Below are positions 54,202-64,000 of a stretch of DNA of 64,000 nt, piece by piece. The notes below the pieces were generated by a model. The model did no database searches. It was not told the origin of the DNA and saw only the letters and a list, made by a program, of their open reading frames with translations. The stretch lies in assembly GCF_009914755.1 (NCBI RefSeq), contig NC_060938.1, one strand, 5' to 3'. The DNA comes from the human T2T-CHM13v2.0 reference genome, Homo sapiens. The stretch's first letter is position 1. Every line of letters starts with the position of its first letter. The translations under genes and the position numbers were made by a program.

Positions 54202-54486
54202 TTTTTTTTTTTTTTTTTGAGATAGTCTTGCTCTGTCACCCAGGCTGGAGTGCCATGGCGCAATCTTGGCTCACTGCAACCTCCTCCTCCCAGGTTCAAG
54301 TGATTCTCTGTCTCAGCCTCCCGAGTAGCTGGGACTATAGGCATGCGCCATCATGCCCGGCTAATTTTTGTCTTTTTTTTTTGTAGAAACAGGGTTTTGC
54401 CATGTTGGCCAGGCTGGTCATGAACTCCTGGCTTAGAGTGGCCTCCCAGAGTGCTGGGATTACAGGTGTGAGCCACTGCTCCCAAC
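54202..54486 (-). mobile_element. Alu (older, small internal deletion)
   Basis: Dimer lacking the 'gatccgcccgcc' segment. Confidence 0.85.
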
Positions 54487-55689
54487 TTGTATAGCATTTG
54501 ATATTTGCATTGTCATTCACTAAATTTCTAACTCCTGCCTTGCATGAATGCCAGTAATATGTATAGTTTGTGCTTTAGAAAATTTTGTGTACATTGAACT
54601 TTTGTAAGTCAATCATAATTTTAATGACTAAAGGGTAGTAGTAACACCATACATTTATAAATTACTTCCAAAATTTACGAAACATTGTAGTATATAGGAT
54701 CTCAGTTTTCATAGTGTCTTTGTGAGGAGATATTGTCATCTCTATTTACCAAACGAGGAAACTAAGACTTACAGGGATTGAGTAAATGTGCTCAACCAGC
54801 TGCTGCTTCCTGGCTTGTGGAAATCAGTTCTCCTGACTATAAATCTTATTTTTTTGTTTATTCTGTACTCAGTTAAATTAATTCCTTCATAGAGTAAATG
54901 GTCATTCTGCCAAGTTAATTTTTCTATTGTATGTGTGTGTATGTAATGTCAACAGATATTTATTTTTATTTACCAAGTTGTTGTAAGGTGGCATATACCC
55001 ATAATGGGTCAATATTCAATGTCAACTAAGACTAAAATAAGGATTATCATCCTCATATTGTGGGTGAAAAAAAAAAAAAAAGAAAGAAAGACTCATGAGG
55101 TTAAGTGGATTTCCTAAATGCCTGGTAAAATGTTGATATCAGCACTGGGTATTTTAAGCCTCCTGTTTAGCCCATGAAGCACCCCTAGATTTTCATGTCT
55201 TGCTTTGATAGGCTGGTTATCATAATGCCCATAAGAACTGCTCCTGTAGAGTTACAATGTTTGAGCTTACACAAGAGTCAGGGACAGATCCGGGTTACAC
55301 AGTCTGGCAGACCAATTTTAAGAAAAATAATACAAAACTCATGAAGATTCTGAAGTTTAAACTTCCTTAGCTTCACGGTAAATCCACTTCTGCCAAAACC
55401 TGGCAGGATTCTCCAGCAGCTCTCTTTCTAGCAATCACCACATACCACATCCCAGAGTCACAGTGTCTCAATGGGCAGGAATGAATTGACTTTTGTTTCC
55501 CTTCGTCAGTGGGGACACGTCCTGAAGAGGTGGAGTGAAGCCCCAATTGAGGGCAAAGATATAGACAGCAGCTAGCCATTTGAAATGCATTCAAGTCTCT
55601 AAGATCAGATAAATTTACTTTCCAGAGAACCAAAACAATTTAAAGAGATGACGGAGGAACTGCTTTTAACAGTCTTTGAACAAGTTGCC

Positions 55690-57720
<2,031 letters not shown>

Positions 57721-60700
57721 AAGACTGATTCTGCCTTTCTAAAGAACAATGTGAGTTATTTAGCATTTATAAGAAATATTTCTGTAATGCCACCTCAGGG
57801 TTTGAAAATAACCTGGATGAGGCACATGTTAAATCTGAAAATCCTAATAATGTCAACCTTGTTTCCTGTGCAGAGCATGGTTTAAAATGAAATATTAAGT
57901 CGTTGAGTCATTTAAGTACCTGGAAACAATTCACATTGGACTGGGAAGAATTTATTAGAAAAACACATCTCAATCCCTCAGCATAGGAGCCTGTATCTCA
58001 CTGTGCACGGTGGTCACCAGCAGAATTCTATGAGTCTATCACCTGCAAGTGGCATGGCCTAAATTCTGACTAGGAATCTTTTCCCCACCCCAAATTCACT
58101 GTAACAAGATAGTCACACATCTTCAAAATTCTTTATAAATGGATATCCCTAGGGGCTCACCCTTTCTCAGATTGGCACCCTCCTCTGAGGACAAAAACTG
58201 GGCATGTGGTGTGAGCGAAGCCCTTTTCATGAGGCCAGCTCCTAATTACGCACAGCCTTTCTCCAGTGTTCTCAGCCTCAAAGCCCGGCAAGCACAATTA
58301 ACTCATGTTGCAGGGCTCTGGATAATGCTGGTCATTTAATGTGGTTGAATATCACAGCCAGGGCCTTCCTGTTTCCAAACCAGTCAATAGAGTTGTGGGC
58401 CCTTGAGTGTGTTTCACAGCCTTTTGCCATCCCCATGGAAAACAAAGACAAGTTTGATGTGTGTGCCCTGAATACTTAGCATAAGATGCTGAAGTCTAGC
58501 CATTTACTCTGCACGGGAATGGAAGGTTGTGGTTTTTAGACAAATTAGGGTAGAGCTCAGTTTGCTAGGCAGCACCATGCCTCTGTATTCACAGGTCTCA
58601 ATGTGACTAGAAGGATCTTTAGTCACAAAATATTATCTGTTCTCCTGCATAAACACACAGGCATCATACTTCAGTTCCTTCAGAAACTTAAAAATATTTT
58701 TTTTTTAAATTAACCATCCATTTTTGTACCCTGGCATTTCATGTTTTATTTGTAAAACCACTTGTGTTCTTTAAAATTTAATGGAACAATATTAAATAAA
58801 TAATCCAGAAGCAGCATAATAAAACACCAGTACATCCAGACTGACTCCATGCTCTGAGGAATGGGTGATGTATAAATCTTGTCTTCTTTCTATTCAAGGA
58901 ACAAACTGCCCTGCTAATCTGCACATGTGAAAACCCAGCTGGGATAGGCCTTAGCCCCTTGGCTCTCAGTAACAGAAGGGAATACTGATTTGTACATAGG
59001 CAGCCTCTTCATTTTATCCACAATAGCTTGGCAGTCAGATTATTCCTACGTTTTGGTTGAAAAAGAAATACTATGAATAGCAGTAGAGCATGTGGAACCA
59101 GTGGACGGGAGTGTACTGTGAGTGAGCATCCAATCCATTCCTCTCTCCTCCCTCTTCCTCCCCACCCTCCATTTGTAAGCAACATGATCTCAAACATCAT
59201 AGGCAGGCAGGAATCAAAACTTACAGAGATCTTACAAAAGATGCATCCTCACACACTTACCCAGGTTACGCCTAGCAAGTACACGGCACTTCGTGGCATA
59301 CACTTAGCTAATTCACCTCCCTCTGTCTCCATTCCACACTCCAACCCTTATTCCATTTAACTCATTTTCTCTACTGACTTCTAGTTAAGCATCTTTAAGT
59401 CAGCTTATATCCATTTTGGAACAAGGTACAGAATAGATGAATGGATGGATAGATAAATCGTTAGAGACAGATAATTACATTATCATTTACTAACTATTTA
59501 TGGCATAGAGGTATTTTAAGTAAATAGAGAGAAACCAAGGTGACATTCCTACCAAATGATCAAGCCACACTAAATCTTTCAGTTCTTTTAAGCTACTCTT
59601 CTCTCATTCTCCCTAGACTCCCTAACCAACTAACTCATCAAAGTCTTATTTTAAGAAACACCGACTCTGGGAAATCTTTCATCGTCTCCCAGGGCTAGGT
59701 TAGTTGCCCTCATTATGTGCTCCCATGGCATGCTGTCCCCCACCAGAGCATCCTCATGCCAGTCTGTACTGGAACTGCTTGTGTACATACTGGTGCTCAA
59801 AAGAAGGATGCTTCAAGAAGAAAGAGATGCTGCAGATGGCTGTGCCCAGTGTCGTGGCAACTTCTGTATTCATCATAGACATCCTCTGGACCACAGCTGC
59901 AGACGTGGGAGCCGCCCCACCATCAAAGCTGGCTGAGAAGAGACTCTCGGCTGTGATGACGCTGGCTTAGAACTTGCAGTAACATAAGTAGAACCTGAAG
60001 TCCAGGTGCTTAGCAGGGTACAGCAGACTGTACCAGTGGTTGCTGAGGAAGAATTATTTTTTTTAAATATACCAGCCTTTGACCGCCTACTCTAAGGTTT
60101 CATGGTCCTGTTTTCACACTTTCTTCCAGTGGTGTTTCATTGTGGTCTTAACAACCTTGACATCGACACCTTACTTTAAAAGAGAAGGAGCCACTCTTCA
60201 AGTATGTGCTCAGGGAGACTAACCATTTCCTGGGCACCATCACTCCCAGCTAAGCTTTTGGTCTGGAGAACTTGGGGCCTCCTTGCCATGATTTATCATT
60301 CTGGTGTCATTCCCGGACTGCCTGCCTGCTCCCCCCGTTCAGCTTTTCATCCTCATTTCAAGGCTGTTTGCTCAGCCTTTGCTATAGCTGTTGCAATTGT
60401 GTTTTGGATCTTACCTCCTGGCATGCTGTAGGGCTTGGCTGAGGAAGCTGCCAGAGGCTGAGCCCAGCAGAGGGGTGCTCCCAGAGCTCATGAGGAAGGG
60501 GAGAAGGTTGGGAAGGGACTCTGAAACACACTTGTGCTTTCTGAGCCGGGAAGAGGATTCATGAAGCAAACAGCTTAGAATGTCTTTTGGAACAGTCCCA
60601 GTAACAAGGGTCACCAACGTGGTATGGCTTCCTGCCAGGCTGTCCTTAATTCTTCCTGCCCCCTCAGACTCTCATGGTGTTGTCACCTCCCAACAAAATG

Positions 60701-61064
60701 ATTGTAATTCTCTCCAAATTGTGCATCATTTGAAGTGACCCCCAAAGCGGCCCTGAAGGCAGGGCGCAGCTGGTGGCTGGGCCTTCCGATTCTCAAGGCT
60801 CTGACTCCATTTAGGGCCTTGGGAGTCGGAAGGCCCATCAGCCTGCTGAGTTCTGCCTCCACCCGCTTCCCCTACCCCCATCCTGAGCCTGCGGGAAGCT
60901 GAGACAGCAGAGACATCAAGAAGAGGAAAGGGCTTTGACTTGGACATCTAGAAACCCAGGAGTCCAGAATTGTCTCTTACACTGACGTCTCCTGTGTTGC
61001 GTACTTTATAGGAACAGAACCACCAGCCTCCATCTTTGCCTAGGATGGACAGATTTAACGCTAT

Positions 61065-61290
61065 TGATTATGTTTGATATGTTAAGTTATTTACATATAC
61101 TGTTAATTCTTAGGACAACACTTAAGTAATAGTATCCCAAATTTACAGTTGCTCAGAAACTGTAATTTAAGTGATTTACAGTTGCTCAGAAAGTGAAAGT
61201 AAGCACCTAAGGCTGCACAGCTAGGAAGTGCTAAAGCTGGAATTGAGGTCTTCTTATCTTCAAACCCAGACTTTTTTTCTTCTGACTGGA
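61065..61290 (-). mobile_element. MIR SINE with a local duplication
   Basis: 'atcccaaatttacag...gctcagaaagtgaaagtaagcacctaaggctgcacagctaggaagtg'. Confidence 0.7.
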
Positions 61291-63019
61291 TCTCAGATCC
61301 AGCCCTAGGGCTCTTCCTTGAGTGCGGCTGAAATTGCCCTGAACATACCCAACAACCTGCATAGAGAGCTGGAGCCAACCTGATGATCTCAGTCAGCCCA
61401 GCAGGCTCCTCCCAGGTCCCCTCCTCATCGTGCTTAGATGAGCTGTCACTGGCCTTGTCCTTCTTACACCCGGGCTCAGCCACAGCTAACACTAGGTTAC
61501 ATCGTGTGTATCAACACCAACCACCCGGTAGTGACCACATGAAATACAGCATTGACAAGGAGTCCAAGGTTAGCCTCAGTTTGGAGGGAGAGAGTAGCCT
61601 AGACTTGATTAGCAGTGCCCTCATGGCCTTGGGAGGGAGAGAGCCTACATGCACGAAGGGAATTTGCTGTCTCTGCACTAGCAGTAAGCTTGTTTCCTTG
61701 GCCTTATGTCAAGCTTTCAGTGTTTTTTTTTTGTTTTGTTTTTAATCTTTATTCAGCTCACATACTTTCCCTTTGGATGTGCAGTATCATTTTTCCCCTG
61801 ATAAGAGTAGCATATTTAAAAGTACACATTTACATTTTATCATAATTATCCTCCTCAATATAGCAATTTTTGGAGGAAGCGTACTCTTTTTGCCCCTGAG
61901 TTCTGTGGAAATCTTGGAAACAGGGCCCAGGAACATATTCACTCACTAAGTCTTTATTGAGTGGTTATTATGTGCCAGGCACTTTTAGGCACTGGGGATA
62001 CAAAAATGAAAATGACATTGACTCTCCTTGCAAGAAGCCCATGTTCTAGTCTGGAAAAACCACATTTAACCACCAACTATAGACATGACATGACATGAAG
62101 CTTCACCACTTTCTCTAAGGGAAGCCTCCATGATGTTCTTGGAACTGGAGAATGCTTCTTACCAACTTTCATTTTCTGAAGAGGCTAAGCTGTTGAAGGA
62201 AGAACTACTTCCTCCGGATTATTATCCTGTCAGTGATTTTTAGTTCCCAGTGTCAAAGATCCCGTAGTGCCTTTAAAATGCTCTCAGGCAAAAACTGCCA
62301 AACTGGGCTAATAAATCTGACTGGGGTAGCCATAGGCTATTTGGCAACAATTCTCAGAACAATCCTGTTCACCCTGTTCAGCCTCCACAGATTCTAGTGC
62401 TCAGTACTTGGCTGCCACCATGGCTCCTGGACCACCTCTGCCCTGGGCTTGAGACCTTCAGGCTATGCCCCTTATTCCCAGGGCAACCTAACCCCCCAGG
62501 CTTCAGATTGGGAACTTCCTCCCAAAACAGTGCTTGGGGCTTTTTCATGTGAATTCCACAGTTAATGCTGCTGCCGCCGCCTCAATGCTACCCTCTGAGG
62601 CCAAGCTTGACATGCTGTTATTGACCTGGCATACCCAAATTTCATTTCTGGTAAGAGCCATTTCTGGTCACCCACCAGAATGGGTGACCCATGCAGTTGC
62701 TAAATAGTGCCAGAGCGTGGGGAAATGCCTGAAGTACTTTGGCGATGTCCAGGTATTTCACATTTGCTTTCATTGTGATTCTGGGCTGAATTTCAGTGCT
62801 CATCAACATGTTTGGCAATACAGAGACACAGCCTTGGCCTAGAGAAGGCTTAAGCCATCTGTTCTCTTAAGTGATAGAAAGGATGAGACAGAATTAGCTA
62901 GAACCAGGAAAATACAAGCAATGCTTTCTGAAGAGCATGACCCTGGTAGAAATTTTGCTTTGTGTGCTCATACAGAGATCCATAAAACTGTTGAATGTAA
63001 TGGTCAGAAATCTATGGTC

Positions 63020-63235
63020 AGAGACACAATGTAGGTTAATGTTTACCAAAGTCTTGGGGAAGAGGAGAATGAGTACACAGTTTTTTAGAGGAGGTGGGGA
63101 AACTGTTCTAAAATTAGATAGTGGTAATGGCTGTACAACTCTGTGGATATACTAAAAACCACTGAATTGAACACTTTAAAAGGGTGAATTTTATGATGTG
63201 TGAAGTATATCTCAATAAAGTCATTATTTTCAAAA
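63020..63235 (+). mobile_element. L1MB-type 3' end
   Basis: 'gttctaaaattagatagtggt...cactgaattgaacacttt...ctcaataaag'; TSD agaaatctatg(g/a)tc at 63006 and 63236. Confidence 0.8.
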
Positions 63236-64000
63236 AGAAATCTATGATCTATAGCAAAAAAGAAAAAAAAAACCCTAATTCACATTTAACAAATACTTGT
63301 TCAGCATCTACCATGCACCAGGCTTTGTCTGAGGCATGAGAGGCATTCAGAAATAAAGCAAACAAGAAGTTTCTAGCTCAGAGATGCACCAAAATTCCTC
63401 CTTGCCCACATCTAAGGCTTACCTGGAATTGTGTCAGTTTAGAGCCAGATGTGGGCAACAGTTACTGCCTTTGGACTTCCTAGCAGAGAGATACTGCCTG
63501 TCTTTGGCAACCCTGGAGCCCTTGCATCTCCAGGGAGTGTTTCACTGATGAGCTGGCTAATCTCGGTGGTTACTTGATAATCACAGAAACAGAGCTGGCT
63601 GCAATGAATCTTCTTGTGGGAACCATCCAAGCTTTTCTCTGGAGCTCCATAATGCAGAAATTCAGTACAGAGAGCTCTAAAATGAGACGTCCTCCTGAGT
63701 GGATAGCACTCCTGCGAGGTGGAATTGCCTGGCAGTTTCAAGCTCCTTAGTAATTGGACCTAATTTTCATCCTCACCTTGAGGGGTTAAGTCCACTTGAG
63801 TAGCAGTCATGACCTGGACACAATGAAGCCCTACTTTCACTTCCTCTCTGGGAGACAGGATCTGCCTTTGCAGGGGCAATGTGTTATTTGCATGAAATTG
63901 TTTCAGCCATGGGACCTGACCACACCTCCATCATGACCAAAATTAAAAGAGCTTGGAAGAATCCTGCCCTCCACAGGTTAACACTTTCTAGCTTCCGGAA

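Overview
This is human genomic DNA; a near-consensus AluYa5 and L1PA/Alu/MIR/L2/CR1/Tigger/MaLR repeats support that call. I cannot recognise any known protein-coding gene, RNA gene or CRISPR array, and almost all tracked ORFs are read-through of transposon fossils or microsatellites. Bases 300-9850 are a nested transposon stack: an old, internally deleted minus-strand L1M carrying two Tigger-family MITEs, an L1PA that itself holds an Alu, a MER4-group LTR and an MST LTR. The best non-repeat signal is a non-CpG-island promoter/first-exon candidate at about 39.9-40.4 kb, with a 19-bp palindrome abutting a GRE/ARE, a GC-box/G4 and consensus splice donors on both strands. It can be joined to a well-formed terminal-exon candidate at 45324-~45610 (branch point, pyrimidine tract, AG, AATAAA), giving a possible 2-exon lncRNA or microprotein transcript. 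Other notable items are a ~220-bp inverted templated insertion inside an Alu that preserves sequence lost from its donor site, several micro fold-back/template-switch scars, a tiny twin-primed L1, a 16/17 Alu strand bias, a young inverted Alu pair and a consensus CTCF site. Repeat subfamily names are from recalled consensus sequences, not a search; I could not identify the locus.
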